DNA of 40,321 nt, from positions 1 to 40,321 of IMG/VR virus record IMGVR_UViG_3300005805_000184. One strand, written 5' to 3'. The translations under genes were made by a program, and so were the position numbers. Positions 19,481-30,091 of the stretch are shown here, piece after piece. Position 1 is the stretch's first letter. The number at the start of each line of letters is the position of its first letter. The stretch is from a virus. Lineage: Duplodnaviria; Caudoviricetes. The notes below the pieces were generated by a model. It searched no databases and was not told the origin of the DNA. It saw only the letters and a list, made by a program, of their open reading frames with translations.

Positions 19481-20106
19481 ACCTAAAAGACGTTTTCGGA
19501 GATTTCGAATACGTTTATAACTTTGGTCCTTCCTCTTTAGGAAACGGGATAGTAGACGTAAAGGATCTACAATCCTGGATAGCAAAGCACTACATAAAAA
19601 ACCAATACACCGGGTTCGAAAAAACCCTAGAAGACTATCTTCTTTACACAAGAAACAGGTTTTTCTCTGGAAAAATATACAGTTTCTTGTATGCAGGAAA
19701 GGGACCCGATCTCCATCCTATGTTTTTGAGCATAACAAATAAGATAGAAAAAGGGGATAAACTTTTTGAAATAGGCATAAACCTTAACTATTTAACTCCA
19801 AAGGAACGGGTGATTTTGTTAAAAGGTATGTTGACAGCCTTTCCAAATCAGCTGTTTGATAACATAGAAAAAATAGAGGACGGTGTTAGAGATCAGGTAG
19901 ATATGCCGTTCACACACAAGGAGTACAGGGATAAGTTTTTTGATCTTATCAATATCAAACCTCAGTTCATAAAGATAGATCGATCCAAGATAGCCAGAGA
20001 CAGCATGAAGGTTGTTAAATATGAGGATTGGAAATTCCTGATATACTATCTTCCCACAACATTCGTTAACACAAATCCTATGGACATGTATAAGGAAAGA
20101 CCTTAA
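19450..20106 (+). CDS. DNA end protector protein (T4 gp2-like)
   Basis: GKIYSFLY...DLHPM...GINLNYL..KER and terminal DW...YLPT..F; adjacent to gp4 as in T4-like phages. Confidence 0.7.
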   Translation: MDRRKLKNPLNLKDVFGDFEYVYNFGPSSLGNGIVDVKDLQSWIAKHYIKNQYTGFEKTLEDYLLYTRNRFFSGKIYSFLYAGKGPDLHPMFLSITNKIEKGDKLFEIGINLNYLTPKERVILLKGMLTAFPNQLFDNIEKIEDGVRDQVDMPFTHKEYRDKFFDLINIKPQFIKIDRSKIARDSMKVVKYEDWKFLIYYLPTTFVNTNPMDMYKERP

Positions 20107-20122
20107 AAACGTCTCATTTGAA

Positions 20123-20128
20123 TATATA
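20123..20128 (+). promoter_or_regulatory. TATATA candidate late promoter of portal gene
   Basis: 17 nt upstream of ATG 20146. Confidence 0.55.
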
Positions 20129-20145
20129 ATACAACATTAGATCCT

Positions 20146-21840
20146 ATGGCAGGTTTTTTTGATAGAAAAGACGATACACTTTCCGCCAGGCTTGCTTCTA
20201 CTATAAGAAAGATAGCAAACCTAGGAATGAATTATGATGACATGGTCATCAAACAGTCTATGGCTGTTGGTTCTACGGAATCCATGTTTGCAAGCGTTGC
20301 AGGCGCCGACGTTCTAACACAAAGCGAGTTGCAATATGCTCTGGCCATACAGGATGTTGGCCCTAAAAAGTACATAACCTACTTCGATAAGGACTACGTA
20401 GGTAAACGAGAAATGCTCAGGAAGTTCGCCAGAAACGGTGAAATAAACTTCATGATAAGTCTTGTTGCTGACGAATGCATAGTCTACGATAACAAGAACA
20501 GGTTTTGTTACGTTGATACAAAGGGCATACCAGGCGTCGTAGCAGATGAAAAGGAAAAGGAAATAGTAGAGGACCTTAACGCAATATTCGATAAGGTCTA
20601 TACCGCGTTTAGGTTTAACGAGGACCAACAGGCATACTCGTTCTTTCGCCAATTCTTGATAGAAGGTGTTTTAGCGTTTGAAATAATTTACAACGAAAAG
20701 GCAACAGAGATAATCGGATTTAAAGAACTTGATCCTGCCAGCCTTAGGCCCGACGTTGTGTTGGAATCCGGTGTCAGAAAGAAGATCTGGATACAGTACG
20801 AAAACGACTATAATAAGAGAAGGGTCCTTTATGACACCCAGATAATTTACATATCTTATGCTAGATCAGGCGTCGGTCCTATATCCTACATCGAACCTTT
20901 GGTAAGAAGCTTTAATCTTCTTCGAGTTCTTGAAAACTCCAGGATAATCTGGAACATCATGAACGCCCAGTGGAGAATGAAGATGGTTGTTCCTGTGGGA
21001 TCTAAGTCCCCACAGAGATGGGTCCAATCTCTTTCGCAATTTGCGGCGATATACAGAGAGGATCTTTATCTTGACAACGATAGCGGTGAGCTAAACGTAC
21101 AGGGTAGGCCAAACATACCATTCTACAAAAACTACATCTTCCCTAGCAAGAGTGGAGAAACTGTCTCCATAGAATCCGTAGAAAATCAGGGTCCTGATCT
21201 CACAAACATGGATGCTCTAAAATATTTTAGGGATAAGCTAAAAATGGAATCAGGTATACCTTTCAACAGATTTAATCAGGAAGGTGGTTCAAGCGTCATA
21301 ACCTTCAACGCCGAAGGTGCAGACAAGGAAGAGATAAGGTTTTCAAAGCTCATCAATCGTTTACGTTCAAGCTTCCAAGAAATAATCTATAAGCCCCTGT
21401 GGTTGGCCTTTGTTTTGAAACACCCTGAGATGAAGGACGATCTCTTAATAAGAAACCACATAGGAATAAAGTTTAACAGCGATAACCTCTTTGAGAAATC
21501 GAAGAGAATGGAAATAATTCAGAAAGAGATAGATCACATAACGAAGCTAAAGGATTTCCGTGGTCCTGAAGATAAACCGTTCTTCTCCGTAAATTGGTTG
21601 GTTGAACAATTCCTTGACTTTACTCCTAGCGAGCTGGAGGAAAATAAGAAGATGCTTGAAAAGGAAGCAGCTTCTACAGAAGAAGGAGCAGAAGCAGGAG
21701 CAGAAGCAGGAGGAGAAGCAGGAGGAACAGAAGGAGGAGAAGCAGGAGGAGAAGAAACAGCCCCAACCGAAGAGGCTCCAGCTCCACCAGAAGAACCTCC
21801 AACTCCGGAAGAATCTCCCGCAGAAGAAGCACCAGAATAA
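20146..21840 (+). CDS. Portal protein (T4 gp20-like)
   Basis: VADECIVYD, FRQFLIEG, ELDP, SYIEPLVRSFNLLRVLENSRIIW, YFRDKL...IPFNR, EEIRFSKLINRLR; acidic G/E/P tail. Confidence 0.9.
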   Translation: MAGFFDRKDDTLSARLASTIRKIANLGMNYDDMVIKQSMAVGSTESMFASVAGADVLTQSELQYALAIQDVGPKKYITYFDKDYVGKREMLRKFARNGEINFMISLVADECIVYDNKNRFCYVDTKGIPGVVADEKEKEIVEDLNAIFDKVYTAFRFNEDQQAYSFFRQFLIEGVLAFEIIYNEKATEIIGFKELDPASLRPDVVLESGVRKKIWIQYENDYNKRRVLYDTQIIYISYARSGVGPISYIEPLVRSFNLLRVLENSRIIWNIMNAQWRMKMVVPVGSKSPQRWVQSLSQFAAIYREDLYLDNDSGELNVQGRPNIPFYKNYIFPSKSGETVSIESVENQGPDLTNMDALKYFRDKLKMESGIPFNRFNQEGGSSVITFNAEGADKEEIRFSKLINRLRSSFQEIIYKPLWLAFVLKHPEMKDDLLIRNHIGIKFNSDNLFEKSKRMEIIQKEIDHITKLKDFRGPEDKPFFSVNWLVEQFLDFTPSELEENKKMLEKEAASTEEGAEAGAEAGGEAGGTEGGEAGGEETAPTEEAPAPPEEPPTPEESPAEEAPE

Positions 21841-21857
21841 AAGGAAACCTAAAAACA

Positions 21858-24056
21858 ATGAAATCAATGATAAACAATAGACTTACACATTTGTTAGAAC
21901 GGGAATTTATCAGAGCATCTGACGTAAATCCCGTCAAGGTTAAGTCTGTGCTTTTGAAGGACCAAAACTTTAAGTCTCGTGATAGAATGATCACAACCTT
22001 CTTCAGAGAAAAAACAGGAGGGTTTACATACGAAAAGTTTAAGAGTGACATTCAAGAAGGAATAGGCGAAAACAGATCCGGCCTGAGAGATACCAGGGCT
22101 AGAATGTTATTAGATACATTGGGCCATACAGAGGGAAAGGATGGAACAACGGAATACGAAGAGTACGTTGAAACGTTTTTCATGTACCTTTACTACGAAA
22201 TTTTCGTTAAACTTTTCTTAAAGCAGAAAGAGATAATATCTAAGAACCAAACTTCCATAAAGGAAGCTAAATCGATGCTTTCTAAGTTTTATTCCGAAGG
22301 AAATGAATCTTTGAAGGAGTCCGTCGAAGAAGCCTTTTTAAACATGTATAAGTCATTCTACGCAATGTTTATGATGAATACCGATAATTTAAAAAACATA
22401 GAGACCGAACCGGACACGAGGAAGAACTTCATGTTTAACTTCTTTAATGAAAACGTTCAACTATTTGAAAAAAGACCGATAAGTTCTTATATGACCGGAC
22501 TATCGTTCGACGGTGTTGAATCATTCGTAGACTCCATGTTCAAGGCAATAGGAGAAATCGATCAACAAGGCTCGATGGGAAAACAGGTATCCTGTTTAAT
22601 GCAAATGAAGGATCTAATAAGAAACGTTGATGTGGATTTTGATGTAGAGAGATTTAGCAAGATTTCTAGCCAAATATCGGGAATTTACATAAATTTTCCA
22701 GAGAAATCAAAAGGTACCATAGATTCCATAATGGACCTAATGTCAAAGAGCGATCTCAAAGAATCAGGGCTTCAATGGGCAGAAGCAACGGTTTGGGAAC
22801 CGTACGTTAGAATTTTAACTTCGTTGATATGTGTAGAGGAAATTTCCGATCAAGCAAAGAAAAAGGCAGATGCTCTTAGAAAATCCGAAGATTCATATAA
22901 ACAGAAAATCGATGTTGGAGAACAGGACGGCGGGATCTATTTCATAAATAACATAGCATTCTTAGAAGCTTTAAAGTCCTTTCAGGAACTAAAAGAAGTT
23001 AATAAACACCTCGATAACGAGATAGGAAAGGTGTTTAAAAAATGTCAATACTTCCAAGACGCCGACATTTCAACAACCGCATTACTTAATGCACTGTTCT
23101 ATAAATATGATTCTACTTCAAGAATGTCTGACATCAATGAAATGGACAAGAATCATAAAGAATCTTTAGAGAAGATAATGAAAATAACGGGTCTGAACCC
23201 TCAGTTAGGTGGAGACTTTAATAGTATTGTTTCCGATATAAATTATATTTTCTTTTCCGAAGAAAATAATGTTCCAGGAGGGCTAGGACAAAACAATCAG
23301 TTGGCAATTAAATACGCGATGGACAATGTAGGGGATTCTATAATAAAGCCGGTAAAGAAAAGTGAATTTAGCTTTTTAAAACCAGATGAAATATTACAGG
23401 GAGCAAAGGAAATAGCCACAAGCACGTTAGATGCCATTTCTCAAACATGGAATGACATTACCGCCGGAAAATTGCCGGACCTCGTAAGCATATACGATGA
23501 GACGTTTGGAAAACACCTCAATTATTCAAAGATGGTGAAGGTGGCAGAGGGTCAATATGAAATAAAGATTAACGATAAAACCCTACTAAAAATATCTTCA
23601 ATGAAGGATTTTTCCGATTACGTCTCTTCCATGATTTTATCCTCAGGAAGTATGTTATATCATGCCAAGGTTTCATTTGGACAAGAGGGTTCAAAGGATT
23701 CCAGGTACGATTCTTACTTTAACGTGCTCTCATGGTTCATAAGAACTCTAAAAGAATACAATAAATCGGCATCGGTAAAGGGATCACAGTTTAAACTAAC
23801 CTATCTCGTTACTCCTTTCTTGCTCGACGTTATAAAATATTCTGTGAGAACGTTTGTGAATAACATCGATGCTGAAAGTAGCCCAGTTCCGATGTCCGGA
23901 GATCTACGAAAAAAATTGAGAGACAGCTACAACAAATCCTTGATGAGCGATGAGGAATGGAAACCAATAGCAGATGAGTTAAAAAATGCAATTGTAGAGT
24001 ACTTGCAATCTGAATTTAATTATAAACCTATACAGCAAAATAAACAAACTGCATGA
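21858..24056 (+). CDS. Large helical hypothetical protein (probable virion/internal protein)
   Basis: 732-aa ORF directly after portal; no recognisable motif. Confidence 0.75.
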   Translation: MKSMINNRLTHLLEREFIRASDVNPVKVKSVLLKDQNFKSRDRMITTFFREKTGGFTYEKFKSDIQEGIGENRSGLRDTRARMLLDTLGHTEGKDGTTEYEEYVETFFMYLYYEIFVKLFLKQKEIISKNQTSIKEAKSMLSKFYSEGNESLKESVEEAFLNMYKSFYAMFMMNTDNLKNIETEPDTRKNFMFNFFNENVQLFEKRPISSYMTGLSFDGVESFVDSMFKAIGEIDQQGSMGKQVSCLMQMKDLIRNVDVDFDVERFSKISSQISGIYINFPEKSKGTIDSIMDLMSKSDLKESGLQWAEATVWEPYVRILTSLICVEEISDQAKKKADALRKSEDSYKQKIDVGEQDGGIYFINNIAFLEALKSFQELKEVNKHLDNEIGKVFKKCQYFQDADISTTALLNALFYKYDSTSRMSDINEMDKNHKESLEKIMKITGLNPQLGGDFNSIVSDINYIFFSEENNVPGGLGQNNQLAIKYAMDNVGDSIIKPVKKSEFSFLKPDEILQGAKEIATSTLDAISQTWNDITAGKLPDLVSIYDETFGKHLNYSKMVKVAEGQYEIKINDKTLLKISSMKDFSDYVSSMILSSGSMLYHAKVSFGQEGSKDSRYDSYFNVLSWFIRTLKEYNKSASVKGSQFKLTYLVTPFLLDVIKYSVRTFVNNIDAESSPVPMSGDLRKKLRDSYNKSLMSDEEWKPIADELKNAIVEYLQSEFNYKPIQQNKQTA

Positions 24057-26323
24057 TAAGGAATTTTGAACAGTGGAACAACGAAAAAAGCCAGAACGAA
24101 ATCAATGAAGGCGTGGTCGGTGATTTATTACGTTATGGAACAAAGGGGGTTTCTAAGGCGGGAAAATACGTAGGTAAAACAGTAGGAAAGGGAATAAAAT
24201 CCGGAGCAAATAAGCTATTTGGAAAAACCCCAACCATCAGTAAACTTAGAGGCGCAGAGAAAGAATTCGATGAGCTTTTAAAGATGCAGGACGAATCATG
24301 GTACCAATCCCTGGATAAAACAGCAAGAAAGAGCCTTGAAAAACAATATGACGACATAGGAAAAAAACTACAGGATGCATATACCTCTGGTTCTACAGAG
24401 AGGGTAACCAGTGTAAGACAGGAGTTAAAACAGGTATTAAATAAGTCAAAGAGAATATCAGATGAGGCAAAATACAATGCTGAACACTCGGAATTCATAA
24501 AAGAAGTTCCTTCAAGGCCGATGAGAAAGGAATTAGAAACAGCTATAGAGGATTCAAACAAAGCCTTAGATGATGCAGCAAATGCAAAAACCCCCGAGGA
24601 GTTTGCAGAAAAGATGAGAAAAGCTAGAATGCACGCCCAAAAGGTGGATGATTTTAAAGCTTCATCAGGAAGGACAAGTTCTTACGCCGATGAGTATGCA
24701 AGAACCGGAAGAACCGGAGCAAGAACGGGTTACGCAGGTTCTCGTTACGATCCCTATGGTAGAGCAAGGTATGGTTCCGAACCAGGGTCAAACATAAACG
24801 ATGACGCATTCAACACTGTAAAAAACGAGGGTCCAAAAGCTGCTCACAGTAAAATAAAAACGGACCTTAATGACAGTGGAAAATCTAATTTTCGTAACCT
24901 ATTTACAAGAGGTCCTAAAGATCCTTCTGGTGAAGGAAAGGGTCTTTGGAATATGTTTAAAAAAACCATAAAAATATCCATAGCTTTGGGGGCCATTTCA
25001 ATAGGAGGTTCTCTCATTTGGAACTATATAAAAGCAGGAAAACAGAACGAAAGCTCACAAAGTTATAAAGATTGTTTGGATGATTCGGCAAAAACTTTTG
25101 CAGAACAAGGCATAACAGAAACCAAGATAGATACATCGAAGGCACAATTTTTAGACGTCTTTAAGATATTCTTTTCAGGAGGAAAGGAAGACCTTCCGGT
25201 AGATGATGCGGAAGAATTAAAAAGCCTTGTGAGCGAAGGAGCCACGGTTGCAACAGTTTTTTCTTCAATGGCCCAACTCTGTTTTCAGTATCCAAAAAGG
25301 TATTTTGAAGAAAATAAATCAGAGTTGGAAGGTGCTTCGAGTTTCATTAAGTTTTTTAACAGCCTAGAAGAAAAGATAGGAGTTGCAAAGGTAGTTAAGG
25401 CCGTACAAGAAGCAGAAGGAATGGCAGCAGAAGTTTTAGAAGAAACTTTCTATGAAAACGGAAATCCGGTTTCTCTTGGAGAAAGCGGCTACGCCTCGTA
25501 TTCAAATCCAAACATGAAAATACTGTTGGGTTCCAATCAACCAGTAAACGCGGGTGACTTATTAGAAGAGTCCACAGAATTCATAAGGCTGTTTTCCTCG
25601 TTTAAAAGAAGGATAGATGACGATTTCATAAAATCTACAATGCAATCAGCGTTGACCGAAAATGGAATTATTACGCAGGAAGAAATGGACGAGAGAACAG
25701 AAAGGATAAGAAAAGACCTATACGAACAGCTATCAGAAAAGGAAGAAGTATTTGTTGCGATGATAGCGATAATACTGTCCTACAAATCAAAGGAATCTCC
25801 GTTCTCTCAGATATATCGATTCGATGATAATTCTCTTTATGATACGGTTGAAGCTATAAACGAATTAACAGGAGATTCGTTTAATTTAGCTTCTTCGGGT
25901 CAATTACAGAGAATCTATCTTAGCATAAGCGGGGACGTTGATGATGTTTACAGAAACATGGGAAAAGAAAGAACGCTTTTTGGGGTTATGGAATATTCAA
26001 GTTTCGGAAGTGTAATGAGATCCATGATAAATCTGTTTTTACTAGAAAGGATATGTAGGGTTATAGTTTCCTCGGATAACGAGGTAGAAGAATCTTTTTC
26101 CAGCCAAGAGATAAAGAACTATCAGACGGTAATAAGTCAAATACAACGTGCCGAAAATGTACCCGTGACGGTATCTGTAACGGGAACTTTGGATGATGAC
26201 ACTCAAGAAGCCATAACGTTCTATCAGAAAAAACTATCCTTACCGGAAACAGGAAAGCCCGGAGAAAAGTCCCTTGTAAAATTTAACAGTTATTTGGAGT
26301 CCCTCGTTACTTCAAAGACTTGA
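24053..26323 (+). CDS. Hypothetical virion protein with one TM helix and C-terminal peptidoglycan-binding-like domain
   Basis: Leader MIRNFEQWNNE..INE; basic segment; TM ISIALGAISIGGSLIWNYI; C-terminal TGTLDDDTQEAITFYQKKLSLPETGKPG resembles PG_binding_1. Confidence 0.7.
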   Translation: MIRNFEQWNNEKSQNEINEGVVGDLLRYGTKGVSKAGKYVGKTVGKGIKSGANKLFGKTPTISKLRGAEKEFDELLKMQDESWYQSLDKTARKSLEKQYDDIGKKLQDAYTSGSTERVTSVRQELKQVLNKSKRISDEAKYNAEHSEFIKEVPSRPMRKELETAIEDSNKALDDAANAKTPEEFAEKMRKARMHAQKVDDFKASSGRTSSYADEYARTGRTGARTGYAGSRYDPYGRARYGSEPGSNINDDAFNTVKNEGPKAAHSKIKTDLNDSGKSNFRNLFTRGPKDPSGEGKGLWNMFKKTIKISIALGAISIGGSLIWNYIKAGKQNESSQSYKDCLDDSAKTFAEQGITETKIDTSKAQFLDVFKIFFSGGKEDLPVDDAEELKSLVSEGATVATVFSSMAQLCFQYPKRYFEENKSELEGASSFIKFFNSLEEKIGVAKVVKAVQEAEGMAAEVLEETFYENGNPVSLGESGYASYSNPNMKILLGSNQPVNAGDLLEESTEFIRLFSSFKRRIDDDFIKSTMQSALTENGIITQEEMDERTERIRKDLYEQLSEKEEVFVAMIAIILSYKSKESPFSQIYRFDDNSLYDTVEAINELTGDSFNLASSGQLQRIYLSISGDVDDVYRNMGKERTLFGVMEYSSFGSVMRSMINLFLLERICRVIVSSDNEVEESFSSQEIKNYQTVISQIQRAENVPVTVSVTGTLDDDTQEAITFYQKKLSLPETGKPGEKSLVKFNSYLESLVTSKT

Positions 26324-26329
26324 TATATA
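26324..26329 (+). promoter_or_regulatory. TATATA candidate late promoter
   Basis: In the 10-nt gap before ATG 26334. Confidence 0.5.
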
Positions 26330-26333
26330 GAGA

Positions 26334-27686
26334 ATGAAAAACATCTCAAGAATAGAGTCCTTTTTGCCCGAAACTAGGTTTAAAGGAGAAAACATCGAAA
26401 ACCTGCTTCCGGAAAAGCGAACGTTGAACGAAGCCATGAAGGACGCTAGCGATTTAGATGGAAAGGCAATATCAGAAGTTAGTATATCTGATTGGTTATG
26501 GGCGTTTCAACTAGAGAAGAAGATGTTTCCTAAAAACTCTGTTTTTACCAAGCTGTTAAATAACACGGATGAAGAGCTTTCCATATTTACCGCCCAAATT
26601 GTGAACACGTTTGCAATCGAGGCATGGAAGGCTATAAAGACAAAGAAGATTTTTTCCGTATCCATTTCTGAGAAGGACAAAAAATCGATAAAATCTAAAC
26701 TAAGAGGTTTTTGGGGTACAAAGAAAACATTGGAAAGATACAAAGAAGAAAAAGAAACTCTTAAGGAATTTCTGATTGAATTCGAAAAGTTTTTGGAATC
26801 CGGAGAACTTGGAGCTTCCATACAAGAAAACGCGGATTCAATAATATTAAACAAGGGAGAAACCAGCGCCGATGTTCTTTCTGGGGTAATGACTAAGATA
26901 TTTACGAATCTTAAGGATTTCTTTTCACAGGCAACCTGGCAAAAGGGTGTAGCATGGTTAATAAACAACATAGCCAAAAACGATCAGTATGTTACGTGGC
27001 TTGATACTACAATTTATGAGCCTAACACAATATCATCAGGGGTTTCTCCTGATATAAGCTCTGCGTTTAATAGTTTCATAGTAGATGCAAACCTAAACGC
27101 AAATCTCCCTGACATGGAAACAGCAATTCCTTCTATTAAGAAGGTTTCAAAGCTTGTGATAGAAAAGAGTAAGTCCATGCCAGCTCAGGGAAAGGAAACC
27201 TGGATGGGTGCTTTATACAACACATATCTTTTCGGCCTGTATCAAAGGATGTTAATAATAGGTTGTTGTGCATGGGTGTATGATCAGATAGGAGACACAG
27301 ATATCATGTCTTACCCTGGTGTCATAGAAAAGCCATATGATTACGAAGAAACATCAGCCCAAGCAGATACGAGTGGTTTGAGAGAAGAGGAATACATGGG
27401 AATAAAGGTATTTAAGATAGCCTACACTTCTCCAGAGTTTCTAAGAATACTTAAAGCCCTTAGACAGGAGGGGCAGATAGGAGATTCCCGATATCAGGAA
27501 TACATCAATAGAATAGATTCAAGAAGAGATTCAAGAGATATAATAAGAAGCGTTAGAAGGGAGCTCATAGGATGGGGTAACACTCATGGGTTTAGTAGAA
27601 CAACAAACCCTGAAGTAAAGGGTCTTTACACAGATGGATCAACGAGATTGATCATACCTATTTCTATGTTTAAAAAATTAGTATAA
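26334..27686 (+). CDS. Hypothetical protein (probable virion/internal)
   Basis: 450 aa; leader MKNISRIESFLPE...TLNE. Confidence 0.75.
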   Translation: MKNISRIESFLPETRFKGENIENLLPEKRTLNEAMKDASDLDGKAISEVSISDWLWAFQLEKKMFPKNSVFTKLLNNTDEELSIFTAQIVNTFAIEAWKAIKTKKIFSVSISEKDKKSIKSKLRGFWGTKKTLERYKEEKETLKEFLIEFEKFLESGELGASIQENADSIILNKGETSADVLSGVMTKIFTNLKDFFSQATWQKGVAWLINNIAKNDQYVTWLDTTIYEPNTISSGVSPDISSAFNSFIVDANLNANLPDMETAIPSIKKVSKLVIEKSKSMPAQGKETWMGALYNTYLFGLYQRMLIIGCCAWVYDQIGDTDIMSYPGVIEKPYDYEETSAQADTSGLREEEYMGIKVFKIAYTSPEFLRILKALRQEGQIGDSRYQEYINRIDSRRDSRDIIRSVRRELIGWGNTHGFSRTTNPEVKGLYTDGSTRLIIPISMFKKLV

Positions 27687-27692
27687 GAAATC

Positions 27693-28568
27693 ATGGCAGA
27701 GGAAACCAAGTCTTTAAGGGATCTTTTTAAAGAACGCGAAATATCATTTGATTTTTCAAACTTAAAAAATCTCGCAGATTCCCAGATAACATACCCTCAG
27801 TTTCTTGCACTGGTTGCACAAAGAATCCTGCTCAAACAATATTCTGCGCAAGTGTTGGATGATAGTAACATGCTGTGTTATTTTTCCAGGGCGTCTGAGA
27901 TATTTAACGATAACAAGAGCTTTTTTGGTCAAAATCTTAAAAATCTGGTACTGAAGCGTAGCCATATCGCGATAATAAACGCTCAAGTAAGCGGAAACAA
28001 AGTAACAGAAGATGAACAGCGAGATGTGGCCGAAGAATTCACAAGGTGGTATGAATCCTCTTGGTTCTATAGATTAAAATCAGAGGATTTTTCTGTGAAT
28101 CTAGAAAAGCTTTTTGAAGATTCTTTTCCTCCTTCGATAGAGCGATCTTCGAGTGATTGGAATATATTATCACAGTTGTACAAGGCCGTAGACGAAGATG
28201 AATTTTTTGAAAGGCTTAACATCGATAGTAAGATTTTAATAAATAGACCTAACTCTGTTTCTCCGGATTGGTTTTATGAAATAATGGAAGACTGTCTTAA
28301 ATTTATGAATCTTACAGGAGAAGTGGACGTGTCTTCATTCAAATCCCTGATAACAAAACAATCCTTCATAAGCCCAACTATTGTTGCATACATGACATCT
28401 ACAATGATGGGAATAGATGAGTTGGAATACGGAACTAAGAAATACAACTCTCCGTTTGAAACCTATGGACTATTTAGGCTTTTCAAAAACACCAGTATGG
28501 GTTATCTTCTCAGGATGAACCAATTTGTTTTTACGCTTTATAACTACTTTAAAATCATAGAGAAATGA
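27693..28568 (+). CDS. Hypothetical protein
   Basis: 291-aa ORF tightly packed in the operon. Confidence 0.75.
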   Translation: MAEETKSLRDLFKEREISFDFSNLKNLADSQITYPQFLALVAQRILLKQYSAQVLDDSNMLCYFSRASEIFNDNKSFFGQNLKNLVLKRSHIAIINAQVSGNKVTEDEQRDVAEEFTRWYESSWFYRLKSEDFSVNLEKLFEDSFPPSIERSSSDWNILSQLYKAVDEDEFFERLNIDSKILINRPNSVSPDWFYEIMEDCLKFMNLTGEVDVSSFKSLITKQSFISPTIVAYMTSTMMGIDELEYGTKKYNSPFETYGLFRLFKNTSMGYLLRMNQFVFTLYNYFKIIEK

Positions 28569-30091
28569 TAAAGAGCTACGCAGAATGGCATAATATAAAC
28601 GAGGTCGATGAATTTACCGAGGTAAACATAATAGGTAAATACATGGATAAGATAATAGAAGCCTATAGAAAGAATCCAACCGCAAGACCATGTAGAGAAA
28701 TGGATAAGTTTCCAAACGCAAAGGGATTTAAGAATCTTGCGGATTTTGTGAAATCTAAATCTAATGGAACCTCTGCGGAAATACTCGTTGGTGTTATCGA
28801 TGAATGGTATCAGTGGCCAGATTCAAAATCAAGGAACATCCTAGTAGAATACATTAACAACGAGGACGATCTAAGTAATCTAGCAGGACTTGGTCTTCCA
28901 TTCGGTAAGGTTATAATGCAGGATCCCACTTTAGTATTGAGTCTTCCGGGATTAGTTAAAAGCGGAACAAAGGCAAGTGTAGGAGTAGTGAAAAAACTTT
29001 TTAGTTGGGTTCCTAAGCTTTTTGAAAATCAAAGGTATCAACCAATAAATGAAGGCGTTCCTATAGCAATAGGTGTATTTTTGTTAAGAGTCGCAGCAGG
29101 GGCTCTTCTTTCTGCGGGAACAAAATACACATTATACGGAAAGGAATCTTTACAAAGTGACGTTATGACATCTTGGCTGATGCCGTATCTTCCAAACATA
29201 AGAGGTCTAGTGGGAGATGACCCAATAATATCTACTTACGTTTGCGCATACAATTTCATGATGATGTTGATATTTGATGCATGGAATCTCAGTATGGGCC
29301 AAGAAAAATACGGGAAGGATGATAATCCCATAATTTCATGGGAAACAGCAGATAACAGTAACTACATAAAGAATTTTTATAAGGATTTCTACGAATCAGA
29401 TCCTGACATAAAAAATAACTTCGTAAAGTTCATGTCATCGTTAAAATCCGCTTGTATGCAGGACATGAAGACGCCTGAAAAGTTTAAAGACTGCCCCTTT
29501 TATTATACAGGAGAAAAGGTAAGAGTGAATTTTGATGATAACAGAGTAGAAAATATAAATCTCTCTGAATGGCCTAAATGGGTCAGGGAAAATTACACAA
29601 AGTATAAACTCACTCCTGTTGGAGAATCTGCCGTAGAGTTTAATGCTCAAGAGAGAAAAACCCCTTTCGCTCCTTTATCTTTAATGGGAATATCGGAAAC
29701 ACCCAAAGGCGATCCAATGAGAGAAATAACCTTACAGTTTCCTGACGGGTCAACGACGAAGCTATCCTTGTTACAGGTGGAATTATTTTTAGAATCTTCC
29801 CAAAATATACTGAATAGATATGAAATCTCTTCAGAGAACGTAGTACAAGGCGGTAGTTCAATAATATTAAAGGAAAGAGAAGGACCATCACAACAATCTC
29901 CTGGATCAGAACAAGGAGAACCTTCAACACAAACCGACACGGAAGACGGTGCAAAGGCAGGAGAACAGGTTGCAAAAGAAGAATTACCTATAACTCCTCC
30001 TCAGATTTCTTCAGGGTCTACCCTTGAACAAATATATGATAATCTAAAGGATGAAGATCTTTCCAGTTTCTCAGGGATGGGACAAATTTAA
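28565..30091 (+). CDS. Hypothetical virion protein with internal hydrophobic helix
   Basis: Leader MIKSYAEWHNINE; INE followed by GVPIAIGVFLLRVAAGALLSAG. Confidence 0.75.
   Translation: MIKSYAEWHNINEVDEFTEVNIIGKYMDKIIEAYRKNPTARPCREMDKFPNAKGFKNLADFVKSKSNGTSAEILVGVIDEWYQWPDSKSRNILVEYINNEDDLSNLAGLGLPFGKVIMQDPTLVLSLPGLVKSGTKASVGVVKKLFSWVPKLFENQRYQPINEGVPIAIGVFLLRVAAGALLSAGTKYTLYGKESLQSDVMTSWLMPYLPNIRGLVGDDPIISTYVCAYNFMMMLIFDAWNLSMGQEKYGKDDNPIISWETADNSNYIKNFYKDFYESDPDIKNNFVKFMSSLKSACMQDMKTPEKFKDCPFYYTGEKVRVNFDDNRVENINLSEWPKWVRENYTKYKLTPVGESAVEFNAQERKTPFAPLSLMGISETPKGDPMREITLQFPDGSTTKLSLLQVELFLESSQNILNRYEISSENVVQGGSSIILKEREGPSQQSPGSEQGEPSTQTDTEDGAKAGEQVAKEELPITPPQISSGSTLEQIYDNLKDEDLSSFSGMGQI

Noticed and set aside
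21602-22051. Alternative-frame low-complexity ORFs (poly-Leu, Q/E/K) at the portal 3' end
   Set aside because: By-products of the GAA/GGA/GCA repeats encoding the acidic portal tail.
2357-29975. Many minus-strand ORFs of 60-250 aa inside the replication and virion genes
   Set aside because: Fully overlap well-supported plus-strand genes and have Ser/Phe/Leu-rich antisense composition (18711..18959 excepted).
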